The notes beneath the pieces were generated by a model. That model worked only from the letters and a program-made list of their open reading frames with translations, was not told the origin of the DNA and made no database searches. Source: an uncultured Desulfatitalea sp. (GTDB lineage Bacteria; Desulfobacterota; Desulfobacteria; Desulfobacterales; Desulfosarcinaceae). From it: 64,000 nucleotides of DNA. Positions 1 to 10,024 of the stretch are shown here, in pieces; within the stretch, counting starts at the first letter, position 1; each line of letters begins with the position of its first letter. The stretch spans positions 736,001 to 800,000 of the forward strand of contig CAXXMB010000002.1 of NCBI GenBank assembly GCA_963668675.2, given 5' to 3'. A program made the translations under genes and the position numbers.

Positions 1-1
1 C

Positions 2-463
2 AAGCAGTTCAAACCGGATGATTTCAAACGGTTCCACCCCGGCGGCGCCTTGGGCCAACGCCTGGCACAGAAGGTGGGCGATATTATGCTGACGGGAGAC
101 GCAGTGCCGTCGATCGCCACCGGCTCTCCGATGGCCGCAGCCATTCAAGAGATCGACCGTCACAGCCTGGGTGTCATCCTCATCACCGATCCCCAGGACC
201 GACTGATCGGCATCATCACCGATGGCGATATCCGGCGTGCCCTTTCGCGCAAACAGGACTTGATGGCCATGACCGTCGACACGATCATGAGCAAAAACCC
301 TCACAGCGCCCAGGTCGATACACCGGCCTATGATGCCCTCAACACCATGGAAAACCACCAGATCACGGTCCTCCCCATAACCGACAAACAAAAAAAGGTT
401 AAGGGCGTCCTGCATTTGCACGATATACTGGGAAAAGGGGAATTCAAATTCAACGGCGCGTGA
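2..463 (+). CDS. kdsD: Arabinose-5-phosphate isomerase (KpsF/GutQ family), 5'-truncated; C-terminal CBS pair
   Basis: Frame open from the window edge: FKRFHPGGALG motif, then CBS domains (GIITDGDIRR, GVLHLHDIL); close to waaA. Confidence 0.9.
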   Translation, partial: KQFKPDDFKRFHPGGALGQRLAQKVGDIMLTGDAVPSIATGSPMAAAIQEIDRHSLGVILITDPQDRLIGIITDGDIRRALSRKQDLMAMTVDTIMSKNPHSAQVDTPAYDALNTMENHQITVLPITDKQKKVKGVLHLHDILGKGEFKFNGA

Positions 464-571
464 ACATGCTCACCGCATCTCGCCAGCAGGGGCGGAACGA
501 TGAGGTGGCCCAGATGCCATGTCATCAATCGCCCAAGCCACCAAAAGTGATCCCCCACAAGGAGAGATCTG

Positions 572-1888
572 ATGAATCGAAAAAAGATCGATACGGACAT
601 CACCAGTCTGGGAAAAGCCGGCATTGCGTCACCCCTGTTATGCGGCACCAGCCAGTCTTTTATTGCAGATGAAGACCGAATACTGGTCAACATTCACGCT
701 TCGGACATTGCAGCCATTGCCAACAAAAAAGTAGCTCCGCCAACGTTTGAATTGGCCGGCCCCCGCGAAAAGATCTATTTCGACCCCAGCAAACTGCGCT
801 GCGCGCTGGTCACCTGCGGTGGGTTGTGCCCGGGTCTCAACGATATCATCCGTTCGATCGTCCTCGAACTCTATTACCACTACGGTGTGCGCAACATCTA
901 CGGGATGCGATACGGTCTGCAGGGGTTTATTCCCAAATATGGCCATGAGGTGATTGACCTCGAGCCCAGCTCAGTGACATCCATCCTCGATCGAGGGGGG
1001 TCTATCCTGGGCTCTTCCCGTGGGCCCCAGGACATCGATGAGATCATCGACTGCCTTGAAAGAATGAATATCGGCATTCTCTTCATGATCGGGGGAGACG
1101 GCACCCTCAGGGCCGCCGTCAAAATCGCCAATACCATATTGGAGCGCCAACTTAAAATTAGTGTCGTGGGCATTCCCAAAACCATCGATAACGATATTTA
1201 CCTGATCGCCCGCTCCTTCGGTTTCGATACGGCCGTGGATGTCTCGACCCAGGCCATTATCGGCGCCCACAACGAAGCGGCCGGCTATCCGAACGGCATC
1301 GGATTGATCAAACTGATGGGCCGCCATTCGGGGTTCATTGCCGCCACCGCCTCCCTGGCCCAGCAAGATGTCAATTTTGTGCTTATTCCGGAGGTGGATT
1401 TTGACCTGGAGGGGCCGCAGGGATTTTTCTCAGCCTTGGAAAAACGACTTGAACAGAGGGGGCATGCCGTTATCGTCCTCGCCGAAGGCGCCGGTCAAAA
1501 GTTCTTCGAAAACCTACCCGAAGAGCGGGATGAGTCGGGCAACATTCGACTCAACGACATCGGCATCTACATGAAAAACAAAATCAACCAATATTTCAAA
1601 ACCAAAGGGGTTGAAATCAATATCAAATATATCGACCCCAGCTATATGATCCGTAGTCTGCCTGCCAATGCCAATGACAGCGTCTTCTGCGGCTTCCTGG
1701 GCCGTAGCGCCGTGCATGCGGGTATGGCCGGAAAGACCAAGCTGGTGATCGGACGCTGGAACAACCACTTCGTCCACATCCCCATGGAAGCAGCCACCAG
1801 CAAGCGTAAGCAGGTCACTCCGAAAGGGGAGTTGTGGTCAGCCGTTCTTGCTGCAACGGGACAAGGGGCTTTAAAAAACACAGACTAA
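572..1888 (+). CDS. pfkA: 6-phosphofructokinase, probably ATP-dependent
   Basis: TCGGLCPG, GGSILGSSRG, IGGDGT, PKTIDND and MGR motifs; GGAGA RBS upstream. Confidence 0.93.
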   Translation: MNRKKIDTDITSLGKAGIASPLLCGTSQSFIADEDRILVNIHASDIAAIANKKVAPPTFELAGPREKIYFDPSKLRCALVTCGGLCPGLNDIIRSIVLELYYHYGVRNIYGMRYGLQGFIPKYGHEVIDLEPSSVTSILDRGGSILGSSRGPQDIDEIIDCLERMNIGILFMIGGDGTLRAAVKIANTILERQLKISVVGIPKTIDNDIYLIARSFGFDTAVDVSTQAIIGAHNEAAGYPNGIGLIKLMGRHSGFIAATASLAQQDVNFVLIPEVDFDLEGPQGFFSALEKRLEQRGHAVIVLAEGAGQKFFENLPEERDESGNIRLNDIGIYMKNKINQYFKTKGVEINIKYIDPSYMIRSLPANANDSVFCGFLGRSAVHAGMAGKTKLVIGRWNNHFVHIPMEAATSKRKQVTPKGELWSAVLAATGQGALKNTD

Positions 1889-3192
1889 CGAGTTCCCATC
1901 AGCTCTGCAATCACGGCGGCATGCTTGCCAGCGGCACCACGGTGAGAAAGAATGACGCGCCGTGCGGCGCTGCCAGCGGCATCTGCCGTGGAAGGATCGT
2001 TGATCCACCCCAGGGCAAAATCGGCCATCTCCCCGGCATGGTGGACGGTCACCCCTCCCCCGGCCTTGTCGATCAGCTGCTGTGCATCGGCGAAATCTTC
2101 CATGGACGGGCCGTGCATGATCGGCTTCGACCACATCGCCGGCTCCAGCACATTCTGTCCCCCTTTGGGAACCAAGCTGCCGCCGCAAAAAACGAAAGTT
2201 GCGATGCTGTATGTCGCGAGCAACTCTCCTATGGTGTCGAGCAAAACGACGGGGGCCGTTCGCTTGCAGTGTTCCGAATCGAGTTCGGTCCGACGCTGGT
2301 ATGAGAGTCCGCTTGAGCTGATCCACCCTTCAATCTCGGCAATTCGATCGATATGACGTGGCGCAATGATCAAGAGCGCGTCGGGGTGGACTTGCAGAAT
2401 CCTGAGGTGGGCATCGAGAATGATCCGCTCTTCGGGATGGCGTGTACTGCCGGCGACAAACACCGGTTGCCTATCGGCAAGGTTGAATAGCGTCCTGGCC
2501 CACTGCTTAGCCCGCATGCCGTCCGCCTGGGGATCGGGGCTGTCGAATTTGGCATTGCCGTTGATTCGAATCCGCCGCCGGTCGGCGCCCAGCGACTCAA
2601 TGCGCGCTGCATCGGCGATGGATATCATGCTGAAAAAATCCACATGGGAAAGGGCATATCGTATCAACGGTTTGATCTTTCGGTAGCTGTCGATCGATCG
2701 CACCGAAATTCTACCGTTGATGATGGCGATGCGTACTCCCCTATGGCGGGCCCGCACAATCCAGTTGGGCCAGATTTCAGTCTCCAGAAACACCAGGAGA
2801 TCCGGGCGCATCATCGATAGCGCCCGGTCCACCGTCGACGGCAGATCAAAAGGCGCGTAGAAGCAAATCACCCTGTCGCCGAATTGTTCTCTGGCACGCG
2901 CCAATCCCTGATGGGTCGTACACGATACCATCACATGGCAATCGGGCCTCAACCCCTGTAGCTTATTGACAACGGCAGCGGCGGCCCCCACCTCACCGAC
3001 CGAAACAGCATGCAGCCAGACCCTCGGCTGGTCGCCGCTGTTGAGCCGCATCGTTTTGGGGTATCGCCCCATTCGCTGATCGAACCGTTCGAGTTCTCCA
3101 CTCTTTTTCCGGAAAAAGAGTCGAAGGGCTGGCCCCAGGGTAATTCCCAATCCTGTACCGATAAGGTTGTAGAGGAAAAAAGAGGGATTCAT
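1885..3192 (-). CDS. waaA: 3-deoxy-D-manno-octulosonate (Kdo) transferase
   Basis: WLHAVSVGE, ETEIWPN, GNAKFD, AGST, APRH and GGQNVLEP motifs. Confidence 0.95.
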   Translation of the reverse strand: MNPSFFLYNLIGTGLGITLGPALRLFFRKKSGELERFDQRMGRYPKTMRLNSGDQPRVWLHAVSVGEVGAAAAVVNKLQGLRPDCHVMVSCTTHQGLARAREQFGDRVICFYAPFDLPSTVDRALSMMRPDLLVFLETEIWPNWIVRARHRGVRIAIINGRISVRSIDSYRKIKPLIRYALSHVDFFSMISIADAARIESLGADRRRIRINGNAKFDSPDPQADGMRAKQWARTLFNLADRQPVFVAGSTRHPEERIILDAHLRILQVHPDALLIIAPRHIDRIAEIEGWISSSGLSYQRRTELDSEHCKRTAPVVLLDTIGELLATYSIATFVFCGGSLVPKGGQNVLEPAMWSKPIMHGPSMEDFADAQQLIDKAGGGVTVHHAGEMADFALGWINDPSTADAAGSAARRVILSHRGAAGKHAAVIAELMGTR

Positions 3193-5312
3193 GGCTGGGC
3201 AACTTGAACGAACCGGTCTCCCTTTATCCGAAGCAGGCTGAGGCGCTTGTTGGCCTCCCCGTCGTGAGAGAATGTAGTAGGGCCGGTAACGCCCCTTGCC
3301 AGATAGATCTCCTTCATGGCATCGCGCAACTCATTGCGCATCCGTATCTCTTGCCGGGCCATCAGGGTAAAAATCAGATTAGAGGTATCAAAAGCGAACG
3401 CCTCTACCAAGCCGGGATCTTGGCCGTAAATAGATCGGTAGGTTTCGACAAATCGACGAACTTCGGCGGACGCGCTGTCGATGAAAAAACCGTCCACCAT
3501 CACCGCACTCTGGGCATACTGCCTTGACATATCGATCAGGCTTTTCGAGTGCCATAAGTTGGTCCCCACCATGTAAACGTTTTTCACATCGTGAAAGGCC
3601 AATTGGGGCAAAATCAGTCCCGTCGCCTTGGGGGCATCGGGGATAAACAGCACATCGAAATCGATAATGGCGCCATCATCCTGCTCCTCTTCTGATATGC
3701 GTCCAAGGGCCGGTCCCTTGACACGATCCTGATCCACATCCTGAAAAAAGAGGCCTGTGAGTCGAGTCACCGGATCGGGCAGCACCTCCTCCAGATGGTC
3801 GGGGGTCACCGAACGCGGACGATAATAGGGGCTGGCCTCCACCTGAACCACGGAATGCGCCTGCAGGTCCGATGGGATGTCATAGTAGGTTCCCACCAGT
3901 TTTTTGATCGTTTCGCCGAAATCGGTCTGCTTCGGATCGTATCCCTCCACACCAACGACCCGCCCGCCCTGGGTCACCACCTCCTCCCAGAAGAGATTCA
4001 TGAAGGTGGTGCCGTATGATTCGCGCGGGTACATGATGGCAAAACTGTTCAACGCCAAGTGGTGTATAAAGTAATCGATAAGGGTGCGCACCTGGTTGTG
4101 CGGAGAGATAAAGTGGCGAAATATAAAATCCCCGGACTGGGTTATTCCCGGTTTTTGTGTGAAGGTGACCATGGGGATGTTCAAGCGCTGGGCTTCGCGG
4201 GCCGCCGCAGAAGCAGTGGTGATGGGCCCGAGGATCACACCGGCTCCCTCTTGCACCAGTGACCGCACGCCCTGAATGGTGACCCCATCGTCCGAGGCGG
4301 TGTCTTTTACCACCAACCTGATGGGCAGCGCGGCCTCTCCGGTTTGAAGCAGGCTCAAAGCCATTTCAATGGCATTGAGGGCACGCCGACCGTAAATTTC
4401 ATAGGCGCCACTCAGGGGCAGCAAGCATCCCACGGTGTAAGGTTCGAAAAGAAGCTGTTGCGTGAAGTTCTGAATCAAGATCTCGGCATCCGACGCAAAT
4501 GGATGCTCAGGAAAGGCACCTCTGAAAGCACTCAATATCGCCAGTGCGTCGGTGTAGTTTTCGCGCTCCACCTCCAGAGTAGCATATCGGTACATCAGAA
4601 AACTGCGCAACTCCAGATCGGCGATGCGATCCCAAACGGCATCGATATCGTCGATATCAAGCTGTGAGATCGCCTCTTTAAGTAGAAGTTGCCACATCTC
4701 GTCTTCGGGTGGCGGAACATTTTTATAGACAAGGTTGGCATACAGGGCCACGTTGGCCGGATTTCCCGTCACCTGGTAGAGATGCACCAGCCGCTGCCAC
4801 GCATCGATTCGAATCTCCATCTCCGGGTCGGTCTCCAACACGGCAAGGCACAAATGGATCGCATCTTCGATCCGATTGCGCTTTACATAGAGATCTGCCA
4901 TCCCCAGCCGGGCGCGAGCAGCAGCCGGGCTTTGGGGAAAAAGCTCTACGGCGCGCAGATAAAACGCCTCCGCCGGGCCATCTTCACCCATCTGGGCGTA
5001 TATCTTTCCAATAAGATGCCATGCGTCGGGCGCACGGCGCCCCTGTGGATACTGACCGAGATAGTTGGTAAAAATCGATTGGGCCAGATCCAAATCCTTG
5101 TCGGCTAAGGCCGCTTCACCCTTTTGGAAGAGGATATCGCCTGCATCCAATGGCCGTTCAATGAATTCAGGCGTCTTTGCCGGTTGTGAAACGCATGCGC
5201 CAATCAACAGAACGAGAAAAATTGGCCACAGCTTTAACCACGGCTTAATCCACAGCTCCAATTGGATTGCCCTTCCAAAATGGAAATACTTCTGCTGCAC
5301 ACGCTTATCCAA
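3189..5312 (-). CDS. TPR-containing lipoprotein with periplasmic-binding-protein fold (LpoA/LppC-like PBP activator); true start may be downstream
   Basis: Lipobox LIGAC, TPR-like helices, then VGCLLPLSG...ILGP type-I PBP domain. Confidence 0.75.
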   Translation of the reverse strand: MDKRVQQKYFHFGRAIQLELWIKPWLKLWPIFLVLLIGACVSQPAKTPEFIERPLDAGDILFQKGEAALADKDLDLAQSIFTNYLGQYPQGRRAPDAWHLIGKIYAQMGEDGPAEAFYLRAVELFPQSPAAARARLGMADLYVKRNRIEDAIHLCLAVLETDPEMEIRIDAWQRLVHLYQVTGNPANVALYANLVYKNVPPPEDEMWQLLLKEAISQLDIDDIDAVWDRIADLELRSFLMYRYATLEVERENYTDALAILSAFRGAFPEHPFASDAEILIQNFTQQLLFEPYTVGCLLPLSGAYEIYGRRALNAIEMALSLLQTGEAALPIRLVVKDTASDDGVTIQGVRSLVQEGAGVILGPITTASAAAREAQRLNIPMVTFTQKPGITQSGDFIFRHFISPHNQVRTLIDYFIHHLALNSFAIMYPRESYGTTFMNLFWEEVVTQGGRVVGVEGYDPKQTDFGETIKKLVGTYYDIPSDLQAHSVVQVEASPYYRPRSVTPDHLEEVLPDPVTRLTGLFFQDVDQDRVKGPALGRISEEEQDDGAIIDFDVLFIPDAPKATGLILPQLAFHDVKNVYMVGTNLWHSKSLIDMSRQYAQSAVMVDGFFIDSASAEVRRFVETYRSIYGQDPGLVEAFAFDTSNLIFTLMARQEIRMRNELRDAMKEIYLARGVTGPTTFSHDGEANKRLSLLRIKGDRFVQVAQP

Positions 5313-5554
5313 TCACTTTAAGGGGTCTTTTTCAGGGGACCAAAATACACCAATACCAAATATTGTCAAACATTTGATTGATTTTAGGGCCCTTTGAGGA
5401 GGAACCTTGACAGAATACTTTGTAAAACCATATAGTAACTGGATTATAGTGCCCGAGCAAGAGAACTCCTTTCCAAAACTGCAACCGAAACGCCTGTTGG
5501 GGCAATCAATCAACGCAGAAATGAACCGAAGCATCGATACAAAGGCGGGTAAAG

Positions 5555-6073
5555 ATGAAAAAGAGAGTGTTTATCTGTATAGCGGTATGTGGCCTTTTGG
5601 CGGTTGCGCTGCAGCATGCCGAAGCCGACTTCTATCGTTATGTCGACCAGCACGGCAATGTCCTCTACACGGACGATTTAAGCAACGTCCCGATCGAGCA
5701 GCGCGACAAGGCCCAGGCTTACATAGAGTCCAAAAGCCCAGCGCCGGCCGAAAAGGAGACGGCACCGGATGAAGTCAAAACGGCGGCCTCCCAGGCCGAG
5801 CAGTCCGCTTTGGAAAAAGAGCGCCAGCAAATCGAGTCACAGGAAAAAAAGCTGAACAGTGAATACAGCGGCCTCATGAAAGAGCGAAGCGACCTCGATG
5901 AGGAGAAACAGAGCGCCCTGACACCAGCCCAGATAAAGGCCTACAACCAGAAAATTGTAAATTTCAATACCCGCATTCAGGCATACGAAGAGAAGCGAAG
6001 CCTTTACGCCGATCAGGTCAAATCGTTCAACGAGCGCGTAAAAGCGCAACAGAAAGAATCCCAGAGCCAATAA
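5555..6073 (+). CDS. Secreted DUF4124-like protein with coiled coil
   Basis: Signal peptide; FYRYVDQHGNVLYTD motif; heptad-rich C-terminus. Confidence 0.8.
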   Translation: MKKRVFICIAVCGLLAVALQHAEADFYRYVDQHGNVLYTDDLSNVPIEQRDKAQAYIESKSPAPAEKETAPDEVKTAASQAEQSALEKERQQIESQEKKLNSEYSGLMKERSDLDEEKQSALTPAQIKAYNQKIVNFNTRIQAYEEKRSLYADQVKSFNERVKAQQKESQSQ

Positions 6074-6085
6074 GGAGGTGAACGC

Positions 6086-7372
6086 ATGTCGACCATTGCC
6101 CAATCCGATTTCAAAAAGGCATTAGATGTAGGCCGCCCCCCAAACATCAAATCTCTCTTTCCCAACTCCAGCGCCCTGATTGTCAGCGGAAAATATATCG
6201 ACCTTGCCATGCTGGCCAAAGGAAAAAGCATCTGCATGGCGGCCAACGGTCGCAGCACATTCGTCATTCGCGGGGCATTGCGAGCCGCCCAGCGGGCAAA
6301 CTCCGCACTCATCATTGAAATTGCCAAATCTGAAGGCGGTGTGGACGCCTATTGTGCGATCAACTACTGGAACATTGCCAGGACGGTAGATGCGCTATGC
6401 AATGAAATGGGGATCACCATTCCGGTCGCTATTCACGCCGATCACTATGGAATAAAAAACAGACAGGATATTGATACGGCCAAAACCGAAGTACCGTCCA
6501 TGTTTGATGCAGGAATCACCTCCATTGCCATTGACGCCTCCCACATGCCGGACGCCGATAACCTTCTGGCCAGTCTCGAGATCAGCCCCTCTATCCCCGA
6601 CTGGGCGGGCCTTGAAACAGAGGTCGGTGAAATAAAAGGAAAAGAGGGGCTATCGACCAAAGAGGAGGCCCTCTTTCTGATCCAGGGACTCAATGCCCAT
6701 GGCATCTTTCCAAACTGGATTGCCCTGAACAATGGTACCACCCACGGTATCGAAGCGAGCGGTCAGGGGATTCAGGTCGAACTGACAGCCGATATTCATA
6801 GGGCATTGACACCATACAATGTATCAGGGGCCCAACACGGCACATCGGGAAACAGCTCCGATCGGTTGCGCAAGATCGCACAACAGACGCGTACCACCAA
6901 AGCCAATGTGGCCACTGCGCTGCAGATGATCTCCTGGGGTCTCGAAGTCAACGACTACGGCAACGCCATTCTGGATGAAAAAGGTGACTTTATAAAGGTC
7001 AAGGAGCAGGGCGTTACCGAGGAGATATGGGCCCAGATGGTGGCCTATGCCCAATCCAAGGAGTGGAAGAGCGGCAATTTCAAAAAGCTCAACCTGCCCT
7101 TCGAAAGCAGGCTGTTGTCACAGCCCAAAGCGGTTCGAGAACGCATGGCGGACAGGGTCGAACAATTCGTCTATAACATGCTGATAAATGTCCTCAACGC
7201 CAAGGACACAGCACCCTTGGCCGTTGCCGAGATCCTGAAGGCCGGAAGCCACGATCCCGGTCCGAAGGGTCAGCGCATCGACAACCCGGATGACTGGACC
7301 CCCGATAAAATCGTCGCGAGGGCCAAAACCATTGATTCCAACAAGGGCCCCGAGGGCGACTTTGACGATTGA
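6086..7372 (+). CDS. fba: Class II fructose-bisphosphate aldolase
   Basis: IHADH, IDASH, ETEVG, GTTHG and QHGTSG motifs; AGGAGG RBS. Confidence 0.88.
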   Translation: MSTIAQSDFKKALDVGRPPNIKSLFPNSSALIVSGKYIDLAMLAKGKSICMAANGRSTFVIRGALRAAQRANSALIIEIAKSEGGVDAYCAINYWNIARTVDALCNEMGITIPVAIHADHYGIKNRQDIDTAKTEVPSMFDAGITSIAIDASHMPDADNLLASLEISPSIPDWAGLETEVGEIKGKEGLSTKEEALFLIQGLNAHGIFPNWIALNNGTTHGIEASGQGIQVELTADIHRALTPYNVSGAQHGTSGNSSDRLRKIAQQTRTTKANVATALQMISWGLEVNDYGNAILDEKGDFIKVKEQGVTEEIWAQMVAYAQSKEWKSGNFKKLNLPFESRLLSQPKAVRERMADRVEQFVYNMLINVLNAKDTAPLAVAEILKAGSHDPGPKGQRIDNPDDWTPDKIVARAKTIDSNKGPEGDFDD

Positions 7373-7393
7373 TCCAAGCAGACAACCGCAACT

Positions 7394-7427
7394 AAAAAAC
7401 GGGGTACGAGCGACGTGCCCCGTTTTT
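7394..7427 (+). terminator. Rho-independent terminator after fba
   Basis: AAAAACGGGGTACG-loop-CGTGCCCCGTTTTT hairpin with A/T tracts. Confidence 0.8.
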
Positions 7428-7517
7428 GAATTCTCTGTAACTTCAGGGTTTCTTATATTTATTTCGCTTTAAATTCAAAATATTGAAATCTTTTTACCCC
7501 CCCTACTTATTTTTTTC

Positions 7518-7544
7518 TCAAGTCCCTCACGGTAATGCCGATAA
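7518..7544 (+). promoter_or_regulatory. Sigma-28 (FliA) promoter
   Basis: TCAA-N15-GCCGATAA, against consensus TAAA-N15-GCCGATAA. Confidence 0.8.
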
Positions 7545-7565
7545 CTATGCCGGAGGGACCCCAAA

Positions 7566-7970
7566 ATGTATATACACAGCTATCAGATTCACAATGTGCT
7601 CAACGTGTATCGGAAACAGTTAAGCCAAGGCCCGGGCGCCAAAGCGGCGCAGTCGTCGCTCAAGGCGCCCACCCAGGACCGTGTGGAGATATCGGCCAAT
7701 TCGCAGCGAGAAAAACTCATGGACCAGGTCTCCACCGAAATTGTGGACCGGATTGCCCAGTACAATCCTCAGAATCAATTCGAAGAGATGGTGGCCCGGC
7801 AGATGGATCAACCCACAGTCAACGCGTCAGCCGGTTCTGTTAAAAGAGAGGTTGAATTTACCTACACGGCCATTGATGAGAACAATCGGAAATCGACCAA
7901 CTCCTTGCCGATCCAGCGCTTCAGCCCGCTGATCGGCCCGGAGGCAAACACGTCTGAAGAGGCTGCGTGA
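7566..7970 (+). CDS. DVU0524-like flagellar/FlgM-associated protein
   Basis: YQIHNVLNVYRKQL...DRVEISA...VSTEIVDRI pattern; GGAGG RBS; sigma-28 promoter upstream. Confidence 0.65.
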   Translation: MYIHSYQIHNVLNVYRKQLSQGPGAKAAQSSLKAPTQDRVEISANSQREKLMDQVSTEIVDRIAQYNPQNQFEEMVARQMDQPTVNASAGSVKREVEFTYTAIDENNRKSTNSLPIQRFSPLIGPEANTSEEAA

Positions 7971-8073
7971 AGCACTGAACAAGAGGGTGTAAGAGCGGCG
8001 TTAGGATAAAAGGTGGCTCAAGGCGGCATGCAGAAAGCATTGGCGCCCAAGTGGTCCAGAAAGGAGAATCGTC

Positions 8074-8364
8074 ATGATTGATAGCATCAACGAGGGACCG
8101 TTAAGAGCGGTCACAAAAATCGATCCCGGCGGTGCAATTCAAGGCAGGGAGCACAGTCAGCAGCAGGCGGCGGAAATCCGCCAGGTCAGACCGGTCGAAA
8201 ATTCGGAGGCCGGCAGCAAGCCAAATGCCAAAGACGATCAGAAGAAAGACCAAAGCAAATATGTGGTCGAAGACAACACGCTGGTTTTTGAAAAATATAA
8301 CCAGAAAGGCGATTTGATCTACCGGCTGCCGCCGGATTACAAACCGGTTGATGAACGCGTCTGA
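8074..8364 (+). CDS. Small FlaG-like hypothetical protein
   Basis: AGGAG RBS; C-terminal KYNQKGDLIYRLPP resembles the FlaG 'GEVIRQIPP' motif. Confidence 0.55.
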   Translation: MIDSINEGPLRAVTKIDPGGAIQGREHSQQQAAEIRQVRPVENSEAGSKPNAKDDQKKDQSKYVVEDNTLVFEKYNQKGDLIYRLPPDYKPVDERV

Positions 8365-8419
8365 CCCAGTACCGCCCCCGCCCCCCCGCTTTTCCCCGCA
8401 AGGATAGGAGGCCACGCCT

Positions 8420-9247
8420 CTAATCCGCCCTCTTCACAGCCGCCCACAATAGCTCCATCTCCTGCCTGGGCACATCGCTGATTGATCTGCCCTGCTCCGT
8501 TGCCATTGCCTCCATCTTCTTGAATCTTTTAATAAATTTCAAAGTAGATTGTGAAAGCGCACTCTCGGGATGAATTCCGACCAGACGGGCCACATTGATC
8601 ATTGTAAAGAGAACGTCACCGAACTCCATCTGCGCCCGGTCCAGATCGCCGGAGGCCTCCTGGGACAGAAAACGCAGCTCCTCCTTGAACTCCTGCCACT
8701 CCGACTCGGTCTGGGCCACCACCCCTTCAACGGAATCCCAATCGAACCCAGTACCGGCCGCCCGTTCAGAGATGCGATAGGCGCGCATGAGGGCCGGTAG
8801 TCCCGAGGGTACCGAATCGAGAATCGAATTCATGGGCGTTCCTTCGTTTTGCCTCTTCTCCTGAGCCTTGATCTGGCGCCAACGCTCCTTGACCTGGCCG
8901 GCGCTCTCCACCTTGTCGGTGCCGAACACATGGGGATGGCGATGAATCATTTTGGCCAGATTGCGGCCCAACACCTCGGTGAGTGAAAAACGCCCCTCCT
9001 GTTGGTAGAGAACCATCAGAAAAAAAATCTGGAACAGGGCGTCGCCCATCTCTTCCATGATCTCGGCAGTGTCGTCGGCCTCGATGGCTTCGACCAGTTC
9101 GAAAACCTCTTCGATCAGATAGACCGCCATGCTTTTGGGAGTCTGTTTGCGGTCCCACGGGCAGCCATTCTCACCCCGCAGGGTTGCGATCAATTCGAGC
9201 ACAGCAGCGAATGTGGGAGCAGGAGTCACGTCTTTTTGCGTTGCCAC
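8420..9247 (-). CDS. mazG: Nucleoside triphosphate pyrophosphohydrolase MazG
   Basis: GCPWDRKQT, EEMGD, RHPHVF, GFDW and EFGDVLF motifs. Confidence 0.95.
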   Translation of the reverse strand: MATQKDVTPAPTFAAVLELIATLRGENGCPWDRKQTPKSMAVYLIEEVFELVEAIEADDTAEIMEEMGDALFQIFFLMVLYQQEGRFSLTEVLGRNLAKMIHRHPHVFGTDKVESAGQVKERWRQIKAQEKRQNEGTPMNSILDSVPSGLPALMRAYRISERAAGTGFDWDSVEGVVAQTESEWQEFKEELRFLSQEASGDLDRAQMEFGDVLFTMINVARLVGIHPESALSQSTLKFIKRFKKMEAMATEQGRSISDVPRQEMELLWAAVKRAD

Positions 9248-9756
9248 GACTGTTTCAGTTCCTTCAAATGGTCTTTAAATAGTTTCTTCATATCCACGGA
9301 GGCCACCCGGACCATGGTGGCGCTGATGACCATCGTGTGGCGTGCGATGAGAGAGTCTTTTAAAATGGCACTGTTCTTGGGCAGAAAGGCCGTCAACATG
9401 ACCACGATGACCGATACGATCAAAACGCCCTTGAGCGTTCCGAAAATCAGACCGCAGATGCGGTCGGTCCATCCCAGAAAAACGATATTCATCAAATATT
9501 TAATCAGCACGCCGGCAATACTGATGGTGATATAGATTCCTATGAAGAGGATCAGGCAGGCGAGAATATTGGCATATCCCGTATCGGCAATCCAACGTTT
9601 GAGAAATTTTGCGATCAGTGGATAGTAGCTGTAGGCGGCATAAAAGCCGGACACCACGCCTATAATCGATGAGAGCTCCTTGATCAACCCCCTGAAAATA
9701 CCACGGATCAAGCAGAAACCGATGATCGTTGCCAAAACAATATCCAGCAGATTCAC
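9226..9756 (-). CDS. cvpA: CvpA family membrane protein
   Basis: RGIFRGLIKEL and DRICGLIFG motifs; four hydrophobic segments. Confidence 0.9.
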   Translation of the reverse strand: MNLLDIVLATIIGFCLIRGIFRGLIKELSSIIGVVSGFYAAYSYYPLIAKFLKRWIADTGYANILACLILFIGIYITISIAGVLIKYLMNIVFLGWTDRICGLIFGTLKGVLIVSVIVVMLTAFLPKNSAILKDSLIARHTMVISATMVRVASVDMKKLFKDHLKELKQSWQRKKT

Positions 9757-10024
9757 AGCTCACCTTAAGGACATGGTTCGTTGGATGGAATCAACGGCAG
9801 CACCGATGATTTGCGAAAGGGCAGAAGCTAACAGAGGCCATGGCATAGGTCAAGTGGCTTGCACTCAAAAGAGATGGCCGACCATCTGGCGCCGGAGAGG
9901 GAAAAATTGAAATGCTGTTTGCATTCGTCAATGAAGTTTTATATTCTTTGAATTTCTGCCGATCACAGATTGGCGAATCGTTACGTCGAAATAGGTACAA
10001 AAGGAGCAAGCCTGCACCAGGCGG

